A stretch of 64,000 nt of DNA from Planctomycetota bacterium (GCA_038212275.1 JBBQUR010000020.1:25288-89287), one strand, 5' to 3'. Positions 28,143-38,420 are shown, numbered from the stretch's first letter. Program-made: numbers and translations. The notes: generated by a model from the letters alone, not told the origin.

Positions 28143-29783
28143 TCACGGCATGAAGTGCGCCGACACCACGTTGGAGATGCCGACGCCCTTGGGCTGCGCC
28201 GGATCCTGCACAATGACCTGCAGCAGCACATCGAAGGCGCCGAGACCTCCCGGCACGCCGGGGATCAGGACCTTTCCCTGCGCGTTGGTCGTGAGCGTGA
28301 ACGCCGCGCCGAGGCCGAGATCCGGCACCAGCGTGCCGCCCTTGAAAGGGAGACTCGCTGCCTGCAGCGAGACGGCCAGCAACGCGGGCCGGTTCGCCGG
28401 CGCGTTCTTCAGCAGCAGGTCGGCCTTGCCGCCCGGACCCAGCGTCGTGCCGCACAGGCTCAGCTTGCTGACGCCCGGGCCGCCGAAGCCGAGGTCCGCC
28501 TGGCAGACCAGCGGCGAGATCACCGACACGGTGCCTTGCTTGCCGTTCGCTTGGGTGGCGTAAGGCGCGCCGATGAGCATCTCCGGCCAGCCGTCACCGG
28601 TCACGTCGCCGAGGTGCGAGAGCGCGGTGCCGAAGGAATCGCCGAGTTGCCCGGTCATGTCCGGCAGCAGCGCAGCGCCGGTCGCGAGCGACAGCACCCG
28701 CGCAAAGCTCGGCTTGCCGGGCGTGAGCGGCGCGCTGCCGACGAGGAGGTCCGGCGTGCCGTCCTTGTCCACGTCGCCCGCCACATCGAGGACCACGCCG
28801 AACTGGTCGCTCATCGCGTCGCCGGTGAAGACCCACGAGGCCGCGCCCGCCGGGCCACGGAAGACGCGCACCGACCCGCGTCCGCCGTTCTCGCTGTAGG
28901 CCCCGACGGCGATGTCGGCAAAGCCGTCGTGGTCGAAGTCGCCGAGGCCCGCGATCGCCGTGCCGAAGAGCGTGAGTTCCCCGGCGCCGTAGCGCGAGTA
29001 GAGCACCGAGCCGTCGACGCCCGAGCGCACTTCGACGCGCCCCGTCAGGTCACCCAGGCTCTGGTCCCCCGGTACGCCGACGACGAAGTCCGGCTTGCCG
29101 TCGCCGTTCACGTCGCCCGCGGCTGCGACGCACCAGCCCATGCGCTGGTTGGCCGAGCCGTAGAAGGTGTTGAGCACGACACCGGTGGCGCCGTCGATCA
29201 GCCGCGCGCGGCCCGCGAGCGGCACGAGCGCGCTGCTCTCGTAGTCGGGCGCACCGACGACGAAGTCCGGCCGGCCGTCGCCGGTCACGTCGCCCACACC
29301 GGCGATGGAGAAGCCGAAGCTCTCCTTCGACTTGGTGCCGTTCACCGTGTAGAGCTTGCTGCCGGTCAGTCCGGAGAAGACCTGCACCGAGCCCGTGTCC
29401 GTGCCGTTGACGTCCGTGCCGAGTGCGCTGATGGCGACGTCGCCGTGACCGTCGCCGTTCACGTCGCCAAGGCCGGCCACCGCGTAGCCGAACTGTTCGT
29501 TGACCGCCGCACCGTGCAGCGAGAGCAGCAGCGACCAGTCCTTGCCGGAGTAGACGTAGGCGCTGCCGCTGTTGGCGCCGAAGTCCGTGTCGCCGGCCTC
29601 GCCGACGAGGATGTCCGGCACGCCGTCGTGGTCGACGTCGCCAGCCGACGCGACGGCGCGTCCGAAGTGGCCCTGCGGCGCGGTGCCGCTGAAGACGTGC
29701 TGACTGAGCTGTGCGCGAGTCTCGGCGCAGAGCAGGGCGCTGCCGGCGAGCGCGAGGAGACCGGCGATGCGAAGCTGAATCAT
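28143..29783 (-). CDS. Secreted FG-GAP (integrin-alpha-like) beta-propeller protein with C-terminal PFKGG domain
   Basis: Signal peptide; seven FG...GDVxxDGxxD..VGA repeats; C-terminal domain at 28143-28505. Confidence 0.92.
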   Translation of the reverse strand: MIQLRIAGLLALAGSALLCAETRAQLSQHVFSGTAPQGHFGRAVASAGDVDHDGVPDILVGEAGDTDFGANSGSAYVYSGKDWSLLLSLHGAAVNEQFGYAVAGLGDVNGDGHGDVAISALGTDVNGTDTGSVQVFSGLTGSKLYTVNGTKSKESFGFSIAGVGDVTGDGRPDFVVGAPDYESSALVPLAGRARLIDGATGVVLNTFYGSANQRMGWCVAAAGDVNGDGKPDFVVGVPGDQSLGDLTGRVEVRSGVDGSVLYSRYGAGELTLFGTAIAGLGDFDHDGFADIAVGAYSENGGRGSVRVFRGPAGAASWVFTGDAMSDQFGVVLDVAGDVDKDGTPDLLVGSAPLTPGKPSFARVLSLATGAALLPDMTGQLGDSFGTALSHLGDVTGDGWPEMLIGAPYATQANGKQGTVSVISPLVCQADLGFGGPGVSKLSLCGTTLGPGGKADLLLKNAPANRPALLAVSLQAASLPFKGGTLVPDLGLGAAFTLTTNAQGKVLIPGVPGGLGAFDVLLQVIVQDPAQPKGVGISNVVSAHFMP

Positions 29784-29864
29784 GGAAGTGTTCCGTGTGA
29801 AGTGGAGGGTCCTGTCGCCGCGCCGCGCGCGGCCTGCAGCACGCGCCTGCGCACTGAGGTCCTT

Positions 29865-29898
29865 CAGATCCGGATCGCGCGCGAAAAGGTCTCAGCCG
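29865..29898 (-). promoter_or_regulatory. 34-bp element identical to 31693-31726 (candidate alternative-sigma promoter)
   Basis: On the + strand CAGATCCGGATCGCGCGCGAAAAGGTCTCAGCCG, 82 nt from the ATG in both paralogues. Confidence 0.6.
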
Positions 29899-29921
29899 AG
29901 CGCGCGCTGTGCCCATGAAAG

Positions 29922-29952
29922 CGCCCGCCCGGGAATCGATCCCGGGCGGGCG
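29922..29952 (-). terminator. Intrinsic terminator-like hairpin after the 547-aa FG-GAP gene
   Basis: 13-bp perfect stem CGCCCGCCCGGGA/TCCCGGGCGGGCG, 5-nt loop, followed by CTTTC on the - strand. Confidence 0.7.
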
Positions 29953-29967
29953 TCACGTCGGCTGCCC

Positions 29968-31611
29968 TCAGTTCAGGAAGTGCGCGAGCACCACGTTGGA
30001 GAGCGCGAAGCCCTTGGCCTGCGCCGGATCCTGGATCACCACCTGCAGGAAGACGTCGAAGAGTCCGAGCCCGCCGGGAATGCCGACCAGGTGCATCGCA
30101 CCGTGCGTGTCGGTCGCGAGCACGAACGTCACGCCGCTGGCAAGGTTCGGCACGATCACTCCGCCCTTGAAGGCCTTGGCGGACGCCTGCAGCGACGCCG
30201 CCAGCAGCGCGGGCCTGCTCACCGCCGCGCCCTGCAGCACGATGTCCGCCTGGCCCGCCGCGCCGAGCGGCGCGCCGCACATCGAGAGGTGCGCGAGACC
30301 CGGGCCGCCGGAGCCGAGGTCGGCCTGGCACCAGAGCGGCGAGTAAACCGTGACCTGGCCCTGCGTGGCGCCGACGATGGCGTACGGCGCGCCGACGAGC
30401 ACGTCCGGCCAGCCGTCGCCGGTGACGTCGCCCGCGGCGGCGAGGGCGCTGCCGAAGCCGGAGATGTTCGGGCCTGTCGGACTGCCGTATAGCGGCAGGC
30501 CCGTCGCGCCGGAGAGCACGCGCACGTAAGGGAGCTTGCCGCCGTTCGGCGGGAAGGTGCCGACGAGCAGGTCGGCGTGACCGTCCTTGTCCACGTCACC
30601 GGCTGCGGAGACGGCCGTGCCGAAGCGGTCGTCAGGCGCGTCGCCGACAAAGATCCACGAGGCCGCGCCGCTCGGGCCGCGGTACACGTGCGCCGCGCCG
30701 GCAGCGCCGGACTCGCCCGAGGCGCCGACCAGCAGGTCCGCGAAGCCGTCGCCATCCACGTCGCCGACACCGTCCAGCGCCGTGCCGAAGAAGGACGCGG
30801 CGTGCGGGCCGAAGCGCTGGTAGAGCAGCGCGCCGCCGTTGCCGGAGCGCACGTCGATGCGGCCGGTTGCGGCGCCGAGAATGGCCTCGCCGGGCGCCCC
30901 CATCGCGACGTCGTCGCGGCCGTCGCCGTCCACGTCGCCGGCGCCTGCCACCACGCTGCCCAGCCGGTCGCCTTTCTTGCCGACGAAGGTGAGCAGCGTC
31001 GCGCCCGTGTTGCCCGAGACGACGATCACGCGCCCCGCATCCGGCGTGAGCCCGAGCACGCCGTCGTAACCGGGCGCGCCGATGACCATGTCCGGGATGC
31101 CGTCGAGGTTCACGTCGCCGGCCGCGGCGATGGAGAGGCCGAAGTTCAAGCCGGCTGCGCTGCCGGTCAGCGCATAGATCAACACGCCGGTCTTGCCGGA
31201 GTAGACGCGCACCGCGCCGGCCTGGGCGGCGACGCTGCTGTCGTAGGGCGCGGCCACGGCGAGGTCCGCGAAGCCGTCGCCGTTCACGTCACCCGGGCCT
31301 GCCACGGAGCGGCCGAACTGCTCGAGCGTCGTGCCGCCGTGCAGCACGCGCAGCAGCGACCAGTCCTTGCCGGAGTAGACGAAGGCGCTGCCGGAGGCGT
31401 AGCCGTTGACGCTGTCCGCGGGCGCGCCGAGCAGGATGTCGTCGATGCCGTCGGCATTCACGTCGTGCGCGGCCGCCACGGCCTGGCCGATCTGCGCCGA
31501 TTGCGTGATCGACGTGAAGACGTGCTGGGAGATCTGCGCGTGAACCGGCGCGCAGACCAGCGCGCTGCCGGCGAGCGCGAGGAAACCGGCCGTGATGTGA
31601 GATTGATGCAT
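29968..31611 (-). CDS. Secreted FG-GAP beta-propeller protein with C-terminal AFKGG domain; tandem paralogue of 28143..29783
   Basis: Collinear with the paralogue (IxGxLALAGSAL, SQHVF, VYSGKDWSLL, CQADLG, QDPAQ.KG). Confidence 0.92.
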   Translation of the reverse strand: MHQSHITAGFLALAGSALVCAPVHAQISQHVFTSITQSAQIGQAVAAAHDVNADGIDDILLGAPADSVNGYASGSAFVYSGKDWSLLRVLHGGTTLEQFGRSVAGPGDVNGDGFADLAVAAPYDSSVAAQAGAVRVYSGKTGVLIYALTGSAAGLNFGLSIAAAGDVNLDGIPDMVIGAPGYDGVLGLTPDAGRVIVVSGNTGATLLTFVGKKGDRLGSVVAGAGDVDGDGRDDVAMGAPGEAILGAATGRIDVRSGNGGALLYQRFGPHAASFFGTALDGVGDVDGDGFADLLVGASGESGAAGAAHVYRGPSGAASWIFVGDAPDDRFGTAVSAAGDVDKDGHADLLVGTFPPNGGKLPYVRVLSGATGLPLYGSPTGPNISGFGSALAAAGDVTGDGWPDVLVGAPYAIVGATQGQVTVYSPLWCQADLGSGGPGLAHLSMCGAPLGAAGQADIVLQGAAVSRPALLAASLQASAKAFKGGVIVPNLASGVTFVLATDTHGAMHLVGIPGGLGLFDVFLQVVIQDPAQAKGFALSNVVLAHFLN

Positions 31612-31692
31612 GACGATGTTCCTTGCGTGGAGGGACCGACGGAAGCCGCACGATGTGCGACGGGGAGCACGCTGCTGCGCGCCGTGGCCCTA

Positions 31693-31726
31693 CAGATCCG
31701 GATCGCGCGCGAAAAGGTCTCAGCCG
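31693..31726 (-). promoter_or_regulatory. 34-bp element identical to 29865-29898; overlaps the kinase stop codon
   Basis: Direct sequence comparison. Confidence 0.6.
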
Positions 31727-34700
31727 GGCGCGCAGGCCGCCAGAAGCTCCTCGAATTCCGGCAGCTCCCGCAGCGAGGCCAGGTCGTCCGAGGTGGCGAG
31801 GTTCGTCCGGTCGTCGTAGCCCGCGGCGATCGCCTGGCGCAGAAGGTCGAGCGCTCGCGCACGGATGACATCGGCCAGCCCCGCGGCCTGTTCCGGCCCC
31901 ACGGCACCCGCGGCGGAAGCATCGCCCGCGGCGGATGCGCCGGGTGAGGGGCCCGCAGCGGTGGCCGTCAGCGCGGCGGCCGTCAGCGCGGCGGCCGTCA
32001 GCGCGGCGGCCAGCTCGGCGTAGAGGCCCGCCCCCAGGCGCACCTGCAGCGCGGTGCCCGGCGGGTCGGCGAGATAGTCGTCGGCGGCGGCGCGCGCGGC
32101 GTCCCAGTCCTGCAGTTCGCGGCACATCGCGGAGAGCCGGCGATGCTGCCCGCGCAGCGTGGTCCTCCAGGTCGTGTTCGTCGGCGCGCGCTCCGCCGCG
32201 AGGCGCTGTTCCTGCGCGGCGCGCTCGAGAATCGGCCGCGCCTCGGCCAGCGCCCCCTGCTGCGAAAGCAGCTCCGAACGGTTGGTGAGCATGAGCGCGA
32301 AACGCGCGCGCATGTCGGGCGAATCGGGCGCCGCGTCCAGCACGCGCTCCTGCGCGGAGATTGCTTCGGCCAGCAGCGCACCGGCTTCCTCGAAGCGTTG
32401 CTGCTGCAGGCACGCCACGCCCAGCCCGTTGGCGGACATCGCGAGGAGCGTCAGGTTGTCCATCGAGTCGGGGAATTGCTCGACCAGCTCGCGCTGACCC
32501 TGCAGCGCCTGCCGGTAGCGGACCTCCGCCTCGTCGACGCGTCCGAGTTCGCGCAGCAGCAGCCCGAGGTTCTGACGCAGGCTGGCCAGTTCCTGGCGGC
32601 AGACCCGGTCGGTCGGGAGGATCTCCAGCGCCGCCAGATAGTGCTGCTCGGACGCGTTGTAGAAGGCCTCGGCCTCGGGCGTGCGATCGAGCGAGCGCAT
32701 CAGCCCGCCCAGATTGTTCTGCAGGTAGGCCACGCGGCGCTCGTTTTCCGGATCGCCGGGCTGCTCGTCCGCAATCCGCAGGAGCAGCTCCAGCGCTTCG
32801 CGCAGCGGCACCTCGGCTTCCTGCAGCTGGCCCGCGCGCAGCAGTCTCACGCCCACGGAGTTGGTCAGGCTCGCGATGCTGCTGGCCGTGTGGAGGTCTC
32901 CGGGTGCGATCTCCTCGCGGCGCCGGAACAGCTCGCGCGCGCGCGCGTCGGCCTCGTCGGAGGCCGGATAGTCGCCCGCGGTCTGCTCCGCCAGCCCGAT
33001 GTCCATCCACACGTCCCCGAGGTCCGTGAGAAGCTCGGGCGTGTCCGGATGCGAGGCGTTCAGCTCCTCGAACAGCGCGCGCGCCTCCTCGAAGGCCGAG
33101 CGCGCGATCTCCACGTCCTGCGACACCATCGCCAGCTCGCCGATGCGTCGCGCGGTCCGTCCCGCCGCCTGGCGCAGCTCGGGCACGTCCCGGTGGCTGC
33201 TCAGCAGCTCGCGGTAGAAGCCGAGCGCGTCCTGCAGCAGTTGCCGGCGCACGGGTCCGACCTGCGGCACGTTGGCCAGCGACTTGTCGCCGACACGCGC
33301 GAGCATCGTGTCGACGGCCCCCATCGCGCGCTGCAGGTCCATGCGCGCCGCATCGCGCTGTGCAGCCGCCTCCTCGCCTTGCAGGCGCGCCTGCTCTCCC
33401 TGAAAGGTCGCCTCGTCCAGCGCGGCCCGGATCGCGATGTTGGCGCGCCGCTCCCACAGGCCCCAGGCCAGCGGTCCGCCCACCACGAGCAGGACGCTCA
33501 TGACCAGCGCGGTGCTGGCCGCCGGATGGCGCTGCACGAAGCGGCGCGCGCGCAGCAGCATGCCGGGGCGCCGCGCCTCGACGGGCCGGCGCTGGAGCAC
33601 GTTGTCCAGGTCGCGCGCGAATTCGCCGGGGCCTGCGTAGCGGCGCGCGCAGTCGGCCTCCATCGCCACGAGGCACACCGTTTCGGCGTCCCGCGGCACG
33701 GCGGGATTGCGCACGCGCAGCGGCGCCGCCGCACCCGCAAGGATCGCTGCGCGCAGGCGCTGCTCGTCCTCCGCCGCAAAAGGCGTGGACAGAGCGAGCA
33801 GCTCGTACAGCGTCACGCCCAGCGAGTAGACGTCGCTGCGCGCATCGAGGCTCGTCACCTCGCCACGCACCTGCTCCGGCGACATGTAGGCCAGCGAGCC
33901 GAGCTGGCTGCCGCTGCGCGTGATGCGGCTGCTGCCCTCGGCGGCGGCCAGGCCGAAATCGAAGAGCAGCACGCGGCCGTCGGGCGTGAGCATCAGATTG
34001 CTGGGCTTCACGTCGCGGTGCAGCACGCCGCGATCGTGCGCATGCTGCAGCGCCTGGGCCGCCTGCCCCACCAGTCGCAGGCAGGCCTCGACCCAGCTGC
34101 CCGCAAAGCTGCGCGCGCCAGTATCGCTGCCGCTGCCGCGGCTGCCGCGCGAGTCACGCCCATCGCGCGCACCTTGCGCCGCCGGCTCCGGAGCCGGCGC
34201 CCCCTCGCGCCGCGCGACGACGGCCACGACCGCGCGCTGCAGGTCGCGTCCCGTCAACGCGGCGGGATCGCGGCTGTGCAACTCCGCAAGCACCTCGGCA
34301 AGCGTCGCGCCGCGCACCCATTCCATCGCGAAATAGGGCACGCCGGACTCTTCACCGACGGTGTAGATCGGCACGATGCCCGGATGCGCGAGGCGCGCGA
34401 CGGACTCGGCCTCGCGGCGGAAGCGCTCGCGCGCTCCGGGGAAAAACAAGTGCTCGGGTCGCACGAGCTTGAGCGCCACGCGACGCTGCAGCGAGGTCTG
34501 CTCGGCGAGGTAGACCACGCCCATGCCGCCGCCGCCGAGCCGCTGCAGCAGGCGGAACTCGCCGAGGCGTTCGGGGATGGCTTCGGGCGCGGCGCCGTTG
34601 GCGTCGCCACCGAGTTCGAGCAGGCCCGCGGCGTGAAGCATCTGCAGGCGTTCGCGGATCGCAGGCGCGAGGTCCGGTCGCCGCGCGCAGACGTCCTCGA

Positions 34701-34797
34701 AAACCGCCGAGCCCTCCTCCTCGACGCGCTGCAGGCATTCCTCGACGAGTGCCCGGATCTCGAGCGCGCGCTGGCTCTGTCCGTCGCCCTGGGTCAT
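31720..34797 (-). CDS. Hanks-type Ser/Thr protein kinase with TM helix and C-terminal TPR repeats
   Basis: LGGGGMGVVY, VALK, HRDVKPSN, DFGLA, YMSPEQ, SDVYSLG; TM segment; TPRs; GGAG before ATG34797. Confidence 0.95.
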   Translation of the reverse strand: MTQGDGQSQRALEIRALVEECLQRVEEEGSAVFEDVCARRPDLAPAIRERLQMLHAAGLLELGGDANGAAPEAIPERLGEFRLLQRLGGGGMGVVYLAEQTSLQRRVALKLVRPEHLFFPGARERFRREAESVARLAHPGIVPIYTVGEESGVPYFAMEWVRGATLAEVLAELHSRDPAALTGRDLQRAVVAVVARREGAPAPEPAAQGARDGRDSRGSRGSGSDTGARSFAGSWVEACLRLVGQAAQALQHAHDRGVLHRDVKPSNLMLTPDGRVLLFDFGLAAAEGSSRITRSGSQLGSLAYMSPEQVRGEVTSLDARSDVYSLGVTLYELLALSTPFAAEDEQRLRAAILAGAAAPLRVRNPAVPRDAETVCLVAMEADCARRYAGPGEFARDLDNVLQRRPVEARRPGMLLRARRFVQRHPAASTALVMSVLLVVGGPLAWGLWERRANIAIRAALDEATFQGEQARLQGEEAAAQRDAARMDLQRAMGAVDTMLARVGDKSLANVPQVGPVRRQLLQDALGFYRELLSSHRDVPELRQAAGRTARRIGELAMVSQDVEIARSAFEEARALFEELNASHPDTPELLTDLGDVWMDIGLAEQTAGDYPASDEADARARELFRRREEIAPGDLHTASSIASLTNSVGVRLLRAGQLQEAEVPLREALELLLRIADEQPGDPENERRVAYLQNNLGGLMRSLDRTPEAEAFYNASEQHYLAALEILPTDRVCRQELASLRQNLGLLLRELGRVDEAEVRYRQALQGQRELVEQFPDSMDNLTLLAMSANGLGVACLQQQRFEEAGALLAEAISAQERVLDAAPDSPDMRARFALMLTNRSELLSQQGALAEARPILERAAQEQRLAAERAPTNTTWRTTLRGQHRRLSAMCRELQDWDAARAAADDYLADPPGTALQVRLGAGLYAELAAALTAAALTAAALTATAAGPSPGASAAGDASAAGAVGPEQAAGLADVIRARALDLLRQAIAAGYDDRTNLATSDDLASLRELPEFEELLAACAPG

Positions 34798-34975
34798 CGC
34801 GCTCCGGTCTGCCTCAGAGGCCCCTGCGCAACCCGCCTGGCCGCCACGGCCGCGCAGTCTATCCGGCCGCCGACCGGCCCGTGCACGCGGCGCTCCGTCG
34901 CGTGGCGTACGGCGGCCCTCACGGCTTCCGGAAGCATCGAGTCCCGACACGTCGACGGCGGGTTAGGATTCCGCC

Positions 34976-35602
34976 GTGAGCGATGACAGCCGCATCCTCG
35001 TCGAGCAGGCGGCGCGCGGTGATGGCGCGGCGATCGAGCAGTTGCTGCAGCGGCACATGCCCGGACTGCGCGCCTATGTGCGCCTGCGCTCCGGCGCCAT
35101 GCTGCGCGCGAAGGAATCCTCCAGCGATCTCGTGCAGTCCGTCTGCCGCGACGTCCTGCAGAACATCGACACCTTCCGCTTCCCCGGCGAGGCGGCGTTC
35201 CGCGGCTGGCTGTACACGACGGCCATGCGCAAGATCGCCGATCGCGCGGAGTACTGGAGCGCCGGCAAGCGCGACGCGGCGCGCGAGGCGCTGCCCGTCA
35301 GCCAGCGGCTGGGAGCCGGCAGCCTGTCGGCACCGAGCGCCGCGGACGACGAGCTGCTTTTCGACTGCTATCGCAGCGTCTGCAGCCCGAGCGGCGAGGC
35401 CGCCGGGCGCGAGGCGCTGGAGCACATGGAGCGCGCCTTCGAGAAGCTGCCCGACGACCATCGCGAGGTCATCGTGCTCTCGCGACTCGTGGGCCTGACG
35501 CGCGTGGAGATCGCCGAGCGCATGGGCCGCACCGAGGCGTCCATCCGCAACCTGCTGCCGCGCGCGCTGGCCGAGCTGGCCGACCACCTCGCAGGAAGCT
35601 GA
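34976..35602 (+). CDS. ECF RNA polymerase sigma factor, kinase-associated type
   Basis: GDGAAIEQLL, SDLVQSV, FRGWLY, LPDDHREVIVLSRLVGLTRVEIAERMGRT; divergent from the kinase. Confidence 0.93.
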   Translation: MSDDSRILVEQAARGDGAAIEQLLQRHMPGLRAYVRLRSGAMLRAKESSSDLVQSVCRDVLQNIDTFRFPGEAAFRGWLYTTAMRKIADRAEYWSAGKRDAAREALPVSQRLGAGSLSAPSAADDELLFDCYRSVCSPSGEAAGREALEHMERAFEKLPDDHREVIVLSRLVGLTRVEIAERMGRTEASIRNLLPRALAELADHLAGS

Positions 35603-35608
35603 GCCGCG

Positions 35609-37207
35609 TCAGCGCGCGGCGCGACGCGTCCCCAGCTCGAGCAGGCCCGGCACGAACAGGTCCATGAGCAGCACGCGCACGGGCTTGTAGAAATGGCAGT
35701 TGTCCATCAGCAGCTCGTAGGTCATCAGGCCGCCGGGACACGACGCGCGCACGAGGTTCTCGGCGTCCACGAACATCGCGTCCGGGTGCTGCTCGGCGAG
35801 ATCGCGCACGATCCCGTTGGTGACGTCGTTGCCGCGCGTGGGTGCATGGTCGTAGCGCGCCGCGTCCCGCAGCAACTGGCACGCGCGCGCATCGTCGCCG
35901 CCCAGCAGCCAGGTGCACAGGCCCAGGTCGAAGAGCGTCACCGCGTCCGCTGGCGAGATCGCGAGCGCTTTTTCGAACGTCGCCATGGCGGCCGTCACGT
36001 CGGCGCGCTCTGACTCCGACAGCGTGCGCGCCAGCACCGCGGCGACGGTGGGCAGCAGCTCGCGCACCTCGCCGTCCCAGAGCGCGGGTTCGGGCCAGTA
36101 CGGGCCCTGCGCGAAGGGCGCAGGCAGCGCGCGCAGCTCCGGAGGCACGAAGCCCGTGTCTGGCAGCGAGCGGCGGCGCTCGCGTTCCTCGGCAGTGACC
36201 GTATCGCCCCAGTCGCGCGGGTCGACGCGGAGGGGCGTGCTGGTCTTGCCCACCTGCGCGAGGCCCGATCGCAGGCGCAGCGGGATGCTGTTCACGCCCT
36301 CGGCCTGCAGTTTGCGCAGGCGCGCGACCGTCGCCGCCGAAAGCTCCGGCGGATCGGTCACCACCATCGGCGGGACGAGCATGTTGCCGACGACCGTGGA
36401 CATCATCACCTGCGCCCCGTGCCGCTGGGCCGTGGAGATCATGCGCTCCAGGTTGTGACGGTATTCCTCGTAGAACTGCAGCGTCTTGTCGTAGCTGAGT
36501 CCGCGGAAGTCGGCGCCGCGCTCCACGCGGCGTTCGGGCGGCGGACCGGTGGTCGCCGCCGCGTCGGGCCGGTGTTCCAGCGCCGACACGAGGACATTGA
36601 GCGTGCGCAGCCGCGAGAGCCTGTCCACGAGGCGCACGATCCATGGCTGCTGCCACTCCGCGACCAGCTCCATCGCGAAGCCGCGCTCCACGAATTCGTT
36701 GTGCCCCGAGTAGAGGAACACGATGTCGGGCTGCAGCACCATGGCCTGATCGAGCAGGATGGCCACGCGTTCGCTGCCATAACCCTGCCGTCCCAGGTTG
36801 ATGACCTCGAAGCCCGGGTCGGGCGCGCGGCTGCACAGCGCAGCCTGCAGGTCGTCGGCGGGAAAGCCCTGCGTGTTCGAGCCGCCGAAGAGCAGCACGC
36901 GCAGCCGGCCGTCCTTGGGCGGGATGTGAACCTCGGGCACCACGCCCTCGTACATCTGCGTGACCCAGCCACCCGGCACGGCGGGGTCCGCGACGAGATA
37001 GCGCGCGCGCTCGTCGAAGCCGCGGGTGAGCGAGAGGCGCTCGCGCGGATCGCCGAGCCCCAGCGCCCGGAGGAGCAACTCGGACAGCAGCAGCAGCAGC
37101 GCCAGCGGGATCAACCCGAACAGCACGCCCTTCAGCGCACGGCTGCCGCGGCCGGCGCCCGCCTCGCGATCGCCCGACCGCGGGCTTCCTGTCGAGGTGT
37201 CACCCAT
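35609..37207 (-). CDS. Membrane-anchored SGNH/GDSL hydrolase-like protein with TPR-like insert
   Basis: N-terminal TM; blocks FGGSNT, NLGRQGYGS, YSGHNE, DNCH; ATG37207. Confidence 0.8.
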   Translation of the reverse strand: MGDTSTGSPRSGDREAGAGRGSRALKGVLFGLIPLALLLLLSELLLRALGLGDPRERLSLTRGFDERARYLVADPAVPGGWVTQMYEGVVPEVHIPPKDGRLRVLLFGGSNTQGFPADDLQAALCSRAPDPGFEVINLGRQGYGSERVAILLDQAMVLQPDIVFLYSGHNEFVERGFAMELVAEWQQPWIVRLVDRLSRLRTLNVLVSALEHRPDAAATTGPPPERRVERGADFRGLSYDKTLQFYEEYRHNLERMISTAQRHGAQVMMSTVVGNMLVPPMVVTDPPELSAATVARLRKLQAEGVNSIPLRLRSGLAQVGKTSTPLRVDPRDWGDTVTAEERERRRSLPDTGFVPPELRALPAPFAQGPYWPEPALWDGEVRELLPTVAAVLARTLSESERADVTAAMATFEKALAISPADAVTLFDLGLCTWLLGGDDARACQLLRDAARYDHAPTRGNDVTNGIVRDLAEQHPDAMFVDAENLVRASCPGGLMTYELLMDNCHFYKPVRVLLMDLFVPGLLELGTRRAAR

Positions 37208-37397
37208 CGCCGCAGGATGAAGGCGGCAGCGCGCTCTGGCAAGTCCGGCCTCTGCGGAGGAGTTCGTGCCTTCCTCCGCGCGGGTGGGAGAACTTCCGGG
37301 CAGCCCCCCGGAAAGCATGACGCGACGTTCACGGCCCCGCGGCAGGGCGACTTCTATCCTCCGGGCGTCCTCCAAGACTCCTCTCCGGATCAATCCC

Positions 37398-38417
37398 ATG
37401 AACACGATGGTCATGTCCCTGGACACGTTCAACCGAGGCCGCTTGCGCACCGCCGCGTGCGCGTTGCTGCTGCTCGCCGCCTTCGGGCCGCGCGTCCACG
37501 CCCAGGTGGTCTTCGCCAAGGCGCCGAGCCCGGCCGGCGGCGTGAATGCCTCCTCGTGGGTGCCTCCGGACGGCAGCGACTCCGACATGTACTCGTGGGA
37601 CGACTTCACGCTGGCCACGACGCAGACCATCACGGAGGTGCGCTGGCGCGGCGGCTACGCGCTCGGCGCGACCTACGGCAAGGCCACGGACTTCCGCGTG
37701 TCCTTCTTCGCGTCCAACGTGACCGGCTTCGAGCCGAAGATCGTCGCCATCCCCGAGAACGAATCCCAGGAGCAGGCGCTGATCAACGTCCACACGAACA
37801 ACAATGCGGGCGAGAGCTTCGCGGGCGTCTTCGGCGGCGTGGCGATGTACGACTACCACTTCACGCTGCCCGTCCCGTTCGTCGCGCAGGCCGGCGTGAA
37901 GTACTGGTTCCGCGTCGTGTGCGGGCAGCCCGTCTACCCGGACTGGGGCATGGCCACGAGCGATCCCGCGGGCAGCCACTTCCGCTACAGCACCGGCAGC
38001 ACCATGTTCCACAACTACTCGCACGACCTGGCGTTCTCGCTGCATGCGCGCTGGGCCGACCTCGGGGGCGCCATCGCCGGCACGTCCGGCGTGCCGGCAC
38101 TTGGCGGCGCCGGAAGCCTGACGAGCGGCTCGGCCGACACGCTCACGTTGACCTCGGCGAGGCCCTCGTCCGCCGTGACGCTGCTCTTCGGCGTGTCGAA
38201 ACTCGGCGCGCCCTTCAAGGGCGGCACGCTGGTGCCTGATCCGTTCCTGCTGCTCGCCTTGACCAGCGACGCGCAAGGCCACGTGTCGCTGCCCTTCACG
38301 CTGCCGGCGGGCCTGCCCCCCGGAACGTCGCTCTACTTCCAGGCCTGGCTGCCCGACCCGGCCGCGGTGAAGGGGCTTGCCGCGAGCAATGGCCTCGCCG
38401 GCACGACGCCCGGATGA
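37398..38417 (+). CDS. Secreted beta-sandwich protein with C-terminal PFKGG domain
   Basis: Signal ending VHA-Q; DDFTL...TITEVRWRGGY...KYWF...DLAFSL domain; C-terminal domain at 38052-38417. Confidence 0.85.
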   Translation: MNTMVMSLDTFNRGRLRTAACALLLLAAFGPRVHAQVVFAKAPSPAGGVNASSWVPPDGSDSDMYSWDDFTLATTQTITEVRWRGGYALGATYGKATDFRVSFFASNVTGFEPKIVAIPENESQEQALINVHTNNNAGESFAGVFGGVAMYDYHFTLPVPFVAQAGVKYWFRVVCGQPVYPDWGMATSDPAGSHFRYSTGSTMFHNYSHDLAFSLHARWADLGGAIAGTSGVPALGGAGSLTSGSADTLTLTSARPSSAVTLLFGVSKLGAPFKGGTLVPDPFLLLALTSDAQGHVSLPFTLPAGLPPGTSLYFQAWLPDPAAVKGLAASNGLAGTTPG

Positions 38418-38420
38418 CAG

